From Lama glama (taxonomy: Eukaryota), in contig CM052837.1 in assembly GCA_028534125.1 (NCBI GenBank), forward strand, positions 33,542,001 through 33,606,000: 64,000 nucleotides of DNA, written 5' to 3'. The position numbers and the translations under genes were made by a program. Positions 1 through 10,020 of this stretch are shown in pieces. Within the stretch, counting starts at the first letter, position 1. Each line of letters begins with the position of its first letter. Below the pieces are notes generated by a model. It made no database searches, was not told the DNA's origin, and worked only from the letters and a program-made list of their open reading frames with translations.

Positions 1-810
1 CACCTGTGCCCAGTGGCTTATGAATCAGTCAGTCCAAGTCATTCATTCAAAATACAGTGCAGGCTTACTGGATGCTATACTTCAATCAGAAGTTTACTTG
101 AAATGGAATGGAGAGAGGGTGTCTTTCTGTCTACCCTGTGGGATATGATCATCACCATTTAAGGGAGGAGGAAAGGAAAGTTCGAGACAGGGAAGTGGCT
201 TATTTCTGTTCTCCCAATCGACAAGCAGCAGGTGACCCTGTTCTAGGAGAGCTCAGGACTGTCACCCTTTCTCCCCTCTCCCAGAAGTGGTCACGGGAGG
301 GAAAAGTGTGTTGTGGGTGCCACCAGGAAACAAAGAAGTTGCTTGAATGTCCATCCCTCCCTTCCTGGGTGATTTGTTGACTGCACAAATGTTTATTGAA
401 TGAACAAAGAGGAGATGAAGCCGCCGTCTTCCCTTCGGAGCTTTTGCTGCAACACGTTGTAGATGAAAGAACTGGACGGTGGTGGAGTGGAAGGGGCACA
501 TGTGCAGAAAGAAATGGAGACAAGACCAGATGTTCCCGATCAGATTTATAGTTTTATGGTATCCCTTTGGCTAGGTGGCATCTCTGCCTTAACTAAGCTA
601 GAAGTTAACTGAGAACAACAATAATTAGCATCAATGGAGAATCTTTTCTGCCCCTGACTATCCATGAGTTATAACAGCAAAACTCCAATCCACTGCAGTT
701 TTAAATAAGAAAATAGCTCAGATGTAAATAGTAAATAAATGTAAGTAGGTAAAGGGAAAGAAATACCGCCTTTCTTCCACCTTAAGAGGCCATCAGCTGT
801 AAGGACACTG

Positions 811-1000
811 GAGCAAGTGAACTGTCTGAAGCAAACAGCCTTGAATTCAAATCCTGGTTCCTCCACCAACTAGTTATAGGACCTTGGGCAAGTCATGCTG
901 TCATTCATCCTTTTGCCTACCCACCCATCCATCCATCCATCCATCTATCTACTCAACAAATGTTAACTGAACACCTACTACACAGTAGGCATTTAAGAAC
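811..1000. mobile_element. MIR fragment (+) followed by L2 3' end (-) containing (CATC)n
   Basis: MIR core ttcaaatcctggttcctccacc...accttgggcaagtca; L2 end actcaacaaatgttaactgaacacctacta; ccatccatccatcc at ~924-945. Confidence 0.7.
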
Positions 1001-1155
1001 TGAAACCAACAGAATTCCCTGTTGATTGTGTTAAACAATAAAGAGATCAAGCCAAACAGAGCAGCTTGCTGCAGGAGTTACGTGCTCCTGGAAGATAAGA
1101 CTGTCAACTAACTAAACAGCTTCCTTATCAGAGCTTTTTCCGTAAGGCAGAACAG

Positions 1156-1630
1156 TGTTCAGCAGAACAGTGGTCCACAGTGTCTTATCTTAATCCCTGA
1201 AACCTGTGAATATGTTTCATTTCACTGCAAAAGGGACTTTGTAGATGTGATTAGGTTAAGGACCTTGAGATGAGGGGGATGATCCAAGAGGGCTTAATGT
1301 CATCACAAGGGTCCTTATAAGGGAAAGAGGGAGGCAGGACATGTAGTGTCGGAGGACAACGGGAAAAGCACTCCACCGGCTGTTGCTGGCTTTGAAGATG
1401 GAGGAAGGGGCCACGAGCTAAGGAATGTGGGCAGCCTCTGGAAGCTGGAACAGGCAAAGGAACGAATTCTCCCCCTGGCCTCCAGAAGGAACATGGCTCT
1501 GTCAACACCTTGATTTTAGTCCATTGAGACCCATTTCAGATTTTGACCTCTAGAACTGTAAGATAATAACTCTATGTTAGGGCACCAGTTTCGTGGTAAC
1601 TTGTTACAGCAGCAACAAGAAATTAACACA
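1156..1630 (+). mobile_element. MLT1D-like MaLR solo LTR
   Basis: aaagggactttgtagatgtgattaggttaaggaccttgagatg, gctggctttgaagatggagg, ends ttgttacagcagcaacaagaaattaacaca. Confidence 0.9.
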
Positions 1631-1769
1631 ACGTCAGATGGCAAGTATCTTCAGCTTTGAGCGTTGACTATTCTTTCACAGCCTCTGCTATTGATGGTAA
1701 AGGATTGAGCACCGCCAGATTTGGCCCCTGGACCATGATATGTTGACTCCTGTCCTGGAGTATTAAATA

Positions 1770-1880
1770 GGGAGTCGTAATAGTAGAATGTTGTCTTGTG
1801 AGCATTAAGTGACATAATGCATGTAAAACTTTTAGCAGTGCCTAAGAAAGAGCAAGCACCCAAAAAATGTTTATTATTAT
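1770..1880 (+). mobile_element. MIR 3' fragment
   Basis: ttgtgagcattaagtgacataatgcatgtaaaact...ttattattatt. Confidence 0.7.
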
Positions 1881-2218
1881 TTCCTCAATCAGCATTATGG
1901 TAGTAGTTCTATGAGGAGGAATATACTTGATTTTTCCAGCAGTCTGCCCAACAGAGAGCTGTAAAGATAGGCCGAGAACCTTCCGGTTGTCAGGTATTTC
2001 TGATGAACGCTCTTCCCCAGCAGCTCGTAGACACCACATAAGGGGAAAAACAGCTCGAGGAGGAAGAATAAACTAGAAGAACTGTCTTTACCTGAAAATG
2101 ACAACTTGGAGCAGATACGGTGAAAAACAAATGTCTCAGAGTCACAGGATCATCCCAGCTTTGAATGGCATGGGGCTCTCCTGTTATTGTTTTCCCATTC
2201 CGGCATTGACATATTTTA

Positions 2219-2422
2219 NNNNNNNNNNNNNNNNNNNNNNNNNNNNNNNNNNNNNNNNNNNNNNNNNNNNNNNNNNNNNNNNNNNNNNNNNNNNNNNNNN
2301 NNNNNNNNNNNNNNNNNNNNNNNNNNNNNNNNNNNNNNNNNNNNNNNNNNNNNNNNNNNNNNNNNNNNNNNNNNNNNNNNNNNNNNNNNNNNNNNNNNNN
2401 NNNNNNNNNNNNNNNNNNNNNN
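2219..2422. other. Assembly gap (204 N)
   Basis: run of n. Confidence 1.
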
Positions 2423-2854
2423 GCCTGCAGATTGTGATGAAAAGGTGGTCAAGGTGTCTGAAAGGACGCCTTCTCTCTGACAGATGAATGTGGTTGCATT
2501 TTGTGAGAAGTTTGGTTTAGTTGTCAACAATAGTGACTTTAGAATGTTGAGATATGAAAACTTTGGGCGTAAAATGGATTTTTCCCAAAAATGGAAAACT
2601 TGAGTGGAGTGGAAGTGATTGGGACCAGGATTGAATGTTTCCCAGGAAAATGCACTTGAATGTTACCCATTTCTGCTGTGTGATTGTCCAAGAGCCATTT
2701 CCATCAGGGCTGGATGGCCAAGTGATTGGGATTTGCCTCTTTTTGTGCGTGAGAATGAGAGTAGACATCTGTATGAATAACTGGCCGCTGGGAAGCAACG
2801 TTCTGCATCACAGAAATCTGTGCTAAAGACCCCAGTAGGGAAAAAAAGAGGGTG

Positions 2855-3253
2855 CAATATTTTATCTCTTCTCCCATCCAGAAGTAGAATTTATTTGTCC
2901 ATCCTTTGGATCTTGGCTTGGACATGTGACTTGCTTTGGCCAATGAATCTTTAGCAAACATGATACAAGTGGAAGACTGAAAAGTGCTTCTGCACTGGGT
3001 TTCCCATCCCTCGCTCCTGCAGGAAACCTTCCTGCCACCTTGAACACAAGCACATGGATACAGGCTCAGCCATCTTAGACATGACCCCAGGCATAAGCAT
3101 GAGGCTATTCTAGACCAGTCAGCTCCCTCTGAGCCAACCCAGACCAGATACTCCCCAACCAACCAACAGAATTATGAAAAGTTTAAAAACCATGTTCTAT
3201 TTTACACCACTAAGTATGGAATGATTTGTTACACAGCAAAGGCTAACCAACAC
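2855..3253 (+). mobile_element. MLT1 (H/G-like) MaLR LTR
   Basis: catgtgacttgctttggccaatg; ends atttgttacacagcaaaggctaaccaacaca. Confidence 0.8.
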
Positions 3254-3478
3254 AAGTTAGCGCCAAAATTTCAGGTCACTTTCCCCCTACATTTGGGGGA
3301 GGTGGATATTAAGGACCTTGTTCATGAGTGACAGGTGCTGCTTCCTAGGGAGACTTCCACAGATAAAGACCAGTCTTTGGAGGAAGACAGACAATGAAGA
3401 AGCAAGTGAGTCAATACTTTGTTACAAATTGAAGGAAATAGGGTGGATAAAGAGCAAAGGAAAACCTTTGATCTGAGT

Positions 3479-3710
3479 GTGTGGGGCAGACACTCTCACT
3501 GCCTTCCAACAGCCATCTCCTCCCTCAATTTCCTCCTTTCTGACCAAGCCCTTAAGTCCATGATAGAGGCTGAAAACACCAGAGGCTTGTTTGCCAGCTT
3601 CCACTGCAGCTAGGATGGGCATGTGATCCAGTTCTGGCCAGTGGGACCCCAGGGTAATCTGCTGGGGGTATCCTCAGAAAGATTTTCCTCCTTGATTAAA
3701 AAGAGAAGCA
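3479..3710 (+). mobile_element. MLT1J-like LTR 5' part
   Basis: ctgcagctaggatgggcatgtgatccagttctggcca. Confidence 0.7.
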
Positions 3711-3736
3711 TTTCTGATAGCATAGTTGTGTTCTTC

Positions 3737-4140
3737 TATGGCAGGCAGAATTCCAAAATGACCCTGTCAAGCTTTCCTGCGCTAATCCCCAGAACTGTGA
3801 ATTGCTGAGCTGTCACCCCACCGATCATGGCACACTTCGTGGCAGAAGGGATTTTGTGATATAATTAAGGCTGCTAATCAGTTGACTTTGAGTTAATCAA
3901 AAGGGAGATGACCTGGGTGGGCTCATTCTAATCACATGAGCCCTGTGAAAGCAGAGCGCTTTCTCTGGCTGATAGCAGGAGGAGGAAGTGAGAGATTCAA
4001 CATGTGAGAAGGACTCAGTGAAAGATAATCTTTTGTTGCAGCGTGAGGGGCCACGTGGTGAAGACCTGGGAGCAGCCTTTTGGAGCTGAAAGCAATCCCA
4101 CCCTGGCTGACAGCCAGCAAGACAAGGATTCAGTCCTCAG
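3737..4140 (+). mobile_element. MLT1E-like LTR, 3'-truncated at the candidate EBL A-tract
   Basis: ctaatcagttgactttgagttaatcaaaagggagat; gctgacagccagcaag...cagtcct then abrupt T-tract. Confidence 0.85.
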
Positions 4141-5030
4141 TTGTTTTTTTTGGGGGGGGGTGTTTCTCTTGTCTTCAAAGGTACATCTTCAAAAGGCCAC
4201 AGGTATTGATAAGGGAAGCTGGGTGGTCACCTGCAAGAGCAGCAGGGAAACGGGGTCTTACGGCTTCATGCAGTGATGGGGAGAAAAACAGCCCTGAGGT
4301 GGAGAGAGAGAGTTGAGATCCTCTACCCTGTTCCAGGCCGTCCCCAGGCCTGGCAACACCTGGGTATCACTGCCTCCTTAAGACCAGTGCTCTTGTCTGC
4401 TTAAGCTCAGTTTGATGTCGACATCTTGGGGGGAATCATGTTTTATCCAGTATGACACCTTCTACATCAAGGGGTAAGTTATAGATGGTTAGCTCAGTGA
4501 CGGCCTCCAGCTTGGCTCAACTTACATCCTGACCTATACCTTCTAGTTCCAAGAGTTTCACCCAGGGGCAAGCAAGTGCCCTGGATCACGGCCACTTGAT
4601 GTGCGGCTGGAGGTTTCGGTGCCCATTGGGGGAAATGTGAGCTCCTTGTCTTTGAGGAATTCGGAAGAGAGTGTTGAGAAACTTGTATAGCAATTGGACA
4701 TTGTACTGTATCCAAGCATGGGACCAGCATCTCATCTCACTGAACAGAGTATAGTTGGTGTGGTGTGGTTGGGTCCCAAGTGGTGCATGGTGGCTGGGAG
4801 CCATGCACGGTAGGACCACATGTTGGTCTGCAATGTGTTAACAATTGAAAAAAATGCGATCCTTCACTGGTAGCTTGTGAAGACTGCCCCCGGCTTGGGC
4901 ATGTCAAAGTTTTCTTGACAGTTGTCATAGTTTAAGGCCATCTTTTGAGTTCAAGCCATAGCTTTCTTTTCTGGAATAAATGGAGGCGTGTCACTAATTC
5001 CTTCATTTTCTGTGGGGGAACCTTTCAGAC
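4141..5030 (-). pseudogene. Candidate endogenous bornavirus-like nucleoprotein element (EBLN), decayed, with A-tract at its 3' end
   Basis: Minus-strand translation, collinear with BoDV-1 N as recalled: GISDTPPFIPEKK (5001) vs GGSDPHPGIGHEK; ENFDMPKPGAVF (4914-4879) vs DMFHTVTPSLVF; ELEGIGQDVS*AKLEAVTELTIY...LDKT (4549-4440) vs [25 protein letters not shown]...MDAT; LKE/VLPGLGTAWNRVEDLNSLSP (4382-4300) vs [25 protein letters not shown]; *SRKTP (4268) vs WSKKENP; LAGDHPASLI vs MAGYRASTI; LKMYL*RQ vs LARYRRRE. Multiple stops and frameshifts. T-tract on + strand at 4141-4151. Confidence 0.75.
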
Positions 5031-5059
5031 CCCGTCTTCCTGAGGACTCCCACGCCTGA

Positions 5060-5415
5060 TGCAAAAGTCTGAAGTGTAGACATCTCTGCACAGCTTTCCT
5101 TGGAAGATGATGGAATTAAGAGTGTTAGAAGGAGGAGGTTTTCTAGTCAAGACTTCCCAAATTGTGTTCTTTGCCCCCAGGTTTGCCTTGAAGAGAGCCC
5201 CATTAACAATGGAGACACTGCCAAGTGCATCTCTCTTGTGGAAATTGGGGATGGAAATGGTGATGAAGTGAGACCCAGAAAGCTGGGACTGAAAAGGACC
5301 CAGAAATTCCACCAATGTTCCATTTCAGTTTCCGGGGAACTGAAGCAGAGATATCAATCAAAGGACTTGTCTAAGGCCACGATGTGAGCCAGGATCACAT
5401 CCTTGAGCGTCTGAC
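5060..5415 (-). pseudogene. Candidate endogenous bornavirus-like matrix (EBLM) fragment directly upstream of the N-like segment
   Basis: Collinear with BoDV-1 M as recalled: TLKDVIL vs ELKDKVIV; NIGGISGSFSVPAF (GG at 5313) vs FVGGTSRNQFLNIPF; PQFPQER (5250) vs LQLPREK; ENLLLLTL/NSI (~5143-5109, one frameshift) vs DDFLLLTLNSL; RCLHFRL (R at 5070) vs KYMFLRL. T-to-R spacing is 55 nt vs 54 expected. Confidence 0.55.
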
Positions 5416-5424
5416 ACTAACTTA

Positions 5425-5610
5425 TATTATAAAGTTACTTCTGCTGTGATAAAGATCAAAATAACAGTGACTGAGGCTACACAGAAGTCTGTTTCTCTTT
5501 TGCATCTCAGGGTCGAAGCCCAGGCTGATGATGTCAGCGGTCCAGGCTCCTTCTCCCCTTTTTGTCTTCCATCTTCAGTAGGAGGCATTCGTTTCATGGT
5601 CTATCCAGAG
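5425..5610 (-). mobile_element. Old MLT1 (I/J-like) LTR fragment
   Basis: ctgctgtgataaagatcaaaataacagtgactg...agaagtctgtttctctt. Confidence 0.5.
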
Positions 5611-5892
5611 GGATAGGGGTGTAACAGGACCAGATTTAAGTTACAGAAAGATGACCAGCCTACAGTGGGAGGCAGGGGTGGATACAAGTGGGAACTGGCC
5701 ACAGAGTCAAAAGTAGAAACATCTGTCAAAATAGGATCCTGTGGAGGGCCAGACAACAATGAAAACAAATGAAAGGACCCTGTGTAAGGTGACAAAGGGC
5801 AATTCACTCTTGGCTTTGCTCTCTGGGAGACAATAGGGAGCAGTGGGGACTGGGGCAAAGTGGTGCATGCATGGGGGCATGCATGCTGTGTA

Positions 5893-6112
5893 CAGCAGGG
5901 CTGCTCACCTTTGGCCCTTTCGACATTTGGGGCTGCATGTTCTTCGTTGTGGAGGGCTGGCCTATATGCATGGTAGGATGTTTACCAGCATCTCTGGCCT
6001 CCACCCACTAGAAGCCAGTAGCATCCTCTCCACAATTGTAAGAAAGAAAAATGTCTCCAGATGTTGCTAAATGTCCTCTGAAGGGCAAAAGTATGCCCAA
6101 TGGAAAAATACT
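5893..6112 (-). mobile_element. MER20 (hAT-Charlie)
   Basis: ggatgtttaccagcatctctggcctccacccactagaagccagtagca...aaaaatgtctccagatgttgctaaatgtcc. Confidence 0.9.
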
Positions 6113-7443
6113 GGCCTACAGGGAGCAGCCATCACTCAGCTCCAGCTATGGTTGCCCTGTGGGAATGTGGGCTCAGTGCTCCCATATTCTAGTTCTTCAG
6201 AACTTCTTCTCATGTTTAATATTGGCAAATAACCCACTTTTTAAAAAATGCCAGCCAATACCATGTGGGACAGACGAAAGCCCACCCTGGGCCCCAGTGG
6301 GCAGCGTTTGAGCCAGCAGTCTATCACGGCCACCAAGCAGTGGGTGTGATCATTCTTGGATTTATTCTTATGTCCCCCAAAGGACCTGCTTTATGGAACC
6401 TGCCATTGAATAGCAGCTTGTTCAATGTTTGTTGAATGAGTGAACAAAAGAAGCCGACAGTTTATAATGCTAACCCTATGCGTCCCTCCCCTCTAACCCC
6501 CTGATTTTTATTTGACTTGCAAACCCCTGATCTTTCAGATCACTCCAAAGCTCATATCGCTCCCCTTCCTGCCCCTTCCAGGGATTTAAGAGTTCAGAAA
6601 AAGAAAAAATCATCTGAAGTCACAAACCTGATTCCACACAGCTGCCAGAACCCTCATTTGAAACCAGCCCTTCCAGAAACACACAGAAGAGCCACACATG
6701 CTCACCCGCCCACCTCCTTTTTTAGAGAAAAAAGCTGGGCCATGTGTGGGAAAATGCTGTTGGCTTTGTGGTGGTCAGGACGATGAGCTTATGTTGAAAA
6801 TGTTCTGCTCCGGATAAAAGTAAATAAAACAAAACCTTGTTCCTTAGAATTAACATCAATATTTATTTCTCACACTGCCGACATGTCGGACAGCCCCCCG
6901 CCCCCTCTTTGTAGACGCTGTGTAGAAAGGGCTCCTGGTAATGGACCACGCATGATGGTTTCTCATTTGCACACTTCCTCCCCTCCCCTGGCCTTTTCAG
7001 AGTTGGATGTTTTTGACAGGTTCTGCCTCCTGTTTAGAGATTGAGTGAGATTTTGCAGATTCAGGGATTCTGATCTCTAATGTCAGTATCTGGCAGGCGC
7101 CTCATGTCTCTTGGCTGGGATGCAAGGTGACAGCAAGCTCTGTGACCTGCGGGCGGTGGCAGAGCCAAGGCACACGGGGACGACACCCACAGTGGGGACG
7201 AGAAAACAAACAGGGCTTCCTTTATCTGGGGCCTCCTCTGAGCCTGTGCCTGGCTGGCACTTGGTGGGTGCTTGGTGGACGCCGGCTCACGTGGTGCTGC
7301 TGCCAACACCCAGGAGGGGCAGGCAGCATCGTTACCTCTCACTCCCGTCCAGGGCCTGTCACTACGCCGCCTGCCTGTCTTTGTTACCTCACCTCCTACC
7401 ACTCTGCTCCAGCCACACTGGCCTGCCTTTGGTGGCTCCCAGG

Positions 7444-7757
7444 CAGGGGTCAGCAAACTTTTTCTGTAAAGGGCCAGATGGTAATATTTTAGGTGTTGGG
7501 GTTGGGGTCACTCTCCCTGTTGTAGACCTGAAACCTGCATCCCCCGGAACTCCTCGGCCCTCCTAAAACCAAACGGTTGTCCAGCCCACCTTGTGGGCTA
7601 TCTGGTCTCTGTTGCAACTGCTCAGCTCAGCCCTTATGCTACAGCAGCCAGAGAGGAGATGCAACTGAGTGGGCATGGCTGTGTGCCAATAAAGCTTTAT
7701 TCATAAAATCAAGTGGTCAGTCAGATGTGGCCACTGGCTGTGGTTTGCTGACCCCAG
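7444..7757 (-). mobile_element. MER58A with ~96-bp internal insertion
   Basis: caggggtcagcaaactttttctgtaaagggccagat ... gtgtgccaataaagctttatt ... gtttgctgacccc. Confidence 0.9.
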
Positions 7758-8143
7758 TTCTAAGGTGCCAATCTTCCCTCAGATATTCGCCCATCTTTGT
7801 GCAGCTGTCATGTCCTCAGAGCCCACGGCCAAACCAAGGCCACTCTTGTGTGAGCTCCAGAGGGCCAAGCCAGTAGGTGCCCCCAGCCCAAGACCAAACC
7901 TTCTTGGAAGGCTTTCAAAGTTGAAGTTGGATGTCATTTCTGATGATTTGCCCTAGAACCCTGACAAGGTTGTCAAGAAGGCAAGCTTTCAAGCCACGGT
8001 CCCTCTCACCCTGTGGCCCAGACCACTCTTCACTCTGCCTGTACGGTACCATAAAGTCTTATTTGGTAGATCCCACAATTACTTGTGAAAAATACAATTA
8101 TAGAGCATTGTAGTTTGAATGTTAAAAGAATGGCTTTGTTAAA

Positions 8144-8717
8144 TGTAAAGAGGAGGAGAGACTTTGCCTCTACCCTCTTAAGTTCTGTACCCGGGACCTG
8201 AGAATTAAACTGACAAAAGGCAGGTTAATAGGAGAAAAGCATACACATTTTGTTTGACATTAATATTTTTATGTCTACACAGAGGCCCTCATATATAAGA
8301 AAGGAAGACTCCAAAAATCGGATAAGCTTGAGAGCTTACGTACCATTTTAACAAAGAATAATACATTGTGTAGCAGTGACAAGACAGCAGAAAAAAAGAT
8401 TTTGCAATCAGGGCAGTAAATTTTGGAGACGTGACCAGGAAATGCATGGGGGAAACTAATGGAAGGGGAGGGTTATTTTAGTAGGTTTATTCGTGCAGAC
8501 TCATCTTGGTATTAACTGTCTATCTTGGATAATAAGAATGTTCTCCTCTTTCTGGTACAGGGAAGACACCTTCCTCATAGGCGATTTATGCCCTCCTCTT
8601 AGAAGGGAGAGGTCAGAGAACCCTTCTTGAATCTGGTGTTTCTCAATTGCCTTCATCTCAAAATAGTCAATATGTCAGAGTGTCATATTTTGGGGTGGCA
8701 TGTCCTGATCACTTTCA
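8144..8717 (-). mobile_element. ERV1 solo LTR, MER34-like
   Basis: Reverse complement starts tgaaagtgatcaggacatgccaccccaaaatatgacac; ends ...ctcctctttaca. Confidence 0.8.
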
Positions 8718-8836
8718 AATGCACAATCACTTCCAATTTCAAACATTAAGAATATGCCACAGATTTTGTTACCATATATTTTTTTTTATTCCCCTGGGTA
8801 GCATGTTTTATTTAGGGTTAAAATGTCACTAAGACA

Positions 8837-9040
8837 TTTATTTTTTTTTAAACTTAAAAAATTTTTTTAATTTTTATTTTTTGTATATATATTTTTATTG
8901 AAGTATAGTCAGTTTGCAGTATGTCAACTTCTGGTGTAAAGCATAATGCTTCAGTCATACATGAACATACATATAATCATTTTCATATTCTTTTTCACCG
9001 TAAGTTACTACAAGATATTGAATATAGTTCCCTGTACCAT
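8837..9040 (-). mobile_element. Young lineage-specific L1 3' end
   Basis: T-rich tail, tttattgaagtatagtcagttt...tactacaagatattgaatatagttccctgt. Confidence 0.9.
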
Positions 9041-9357
9041 ATTTCTTAATACGCTAGAAGTCCCTTAAAATGAATGAGGTCTGGCCCATCTCAACCTCCC
9101 AGAGGTCCACTGTGACCCCGAGAACCACAAAGAAAGGTGCTGTGAGTGTGCATGTTTTGGGGAGAGTAGTCTGGCTCTTGTTGGATTCTCAAAGGCCCCT
9201 CTGGTCCTGTTTCCCATGTTCAGATGAGGAAGTCTTGGCTCAGAGAGATGCCTTCACTTGCCCAAGGTCACAGAGCTGTCGCTGGCAGGGTCAGGCTAAG
9301 AGTCCAGAGGGGCTGACCCCAGACCTGCAGACTTACTCACTAAGTCATCGTGGGAGG

Positions 9358-9850
9358 TGTATTAACTTCCTAGGACTGTGGTCACAAACTCCCACAGCTG
9401 TGGTGGTTTAAAGCAACAGAAATTAATTCTTTTACATTCCTGGGGGTCAGAGTCCAAAAAAGTCTCAGTAAACTAACCTCAGCGTGTGGGCAGGGCTGGC
9501 TCCCCTTGGAGGCTGCAGGGAGAATCACTTCCTGGCCTTCTGCAGCTTCTAGAGCTGCCTTCTTGCACTTCTTGGCTCCTGGCCCCTTCTTCCATCTCCA
9601 ACGTGAGCAGCACAGCATCTTGCTTCAGTGTCACACTGCCTTCCGTGGACTCAACTCTCCCTCTGCCTTTCTTTAATAAGGACACTTGTGATTGCATTCA
9701 GGGACCATGGTGATCAATCAGGATAACGTTCCCATCTCAAGAGCCTTAACTCGATCACAGCTGCCAAGTTTCTTTTGCCATATAAGTTCACATTCACATT
9801 CAGGGATGTGGACCTCAAAACTCTGCGGGTCATTACTCAACCTACCCCAT
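9358..9850 (-). mobile_element. MLT1D/C-like LTR
   Basis: tgtattaacttcctaggactg...tttaaagcaacagaaattaattct...cccatctcaagagccttaact. Confidence 0.9.
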
Positions 9851-10020
9851 TAGCCCTCAGAGTTGTGTGTCTCACAGGCTGGGTCCTCAATGTGGAGATT
9901 TCGTGGTGGCCTGTGAAAGGGTGACTATACCCATGGGTGTCTCCAGTCTCCTGTAGGAGGCAGAGCACCTACTGAGCAGATAGCTCCAGAGTCTCTCAGG
10001 CAACACTGCTCAGAGGTCTT

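Noticed and set aside
5100-5387. Plus-strand ORF with acceptor-like ttctttgcccccag at 5180
   Set aside because: Antisense shadow of the minus-strand element; no recognisable protein or partner exons.
5240-5410. Second N-like copy (KDVILAHIVALDKS / FITISIPNFH resembling N KDIRQNAVALLDQS / FLCLLIPGLH)
   Set aside because: Spacing is about twice that in N, and the M interpretation explains more motifs; kept as a minor alternative.
4141-5415. Host processed pseudogene (chance similarities to TFB2M, KAT8, NXPE3, TOR1AIP2 considered)
   Set aside because: Short matches were out of order or wrongly spaced; only bornavirus N and M gave collinear series. Not formally excluded without a database search.
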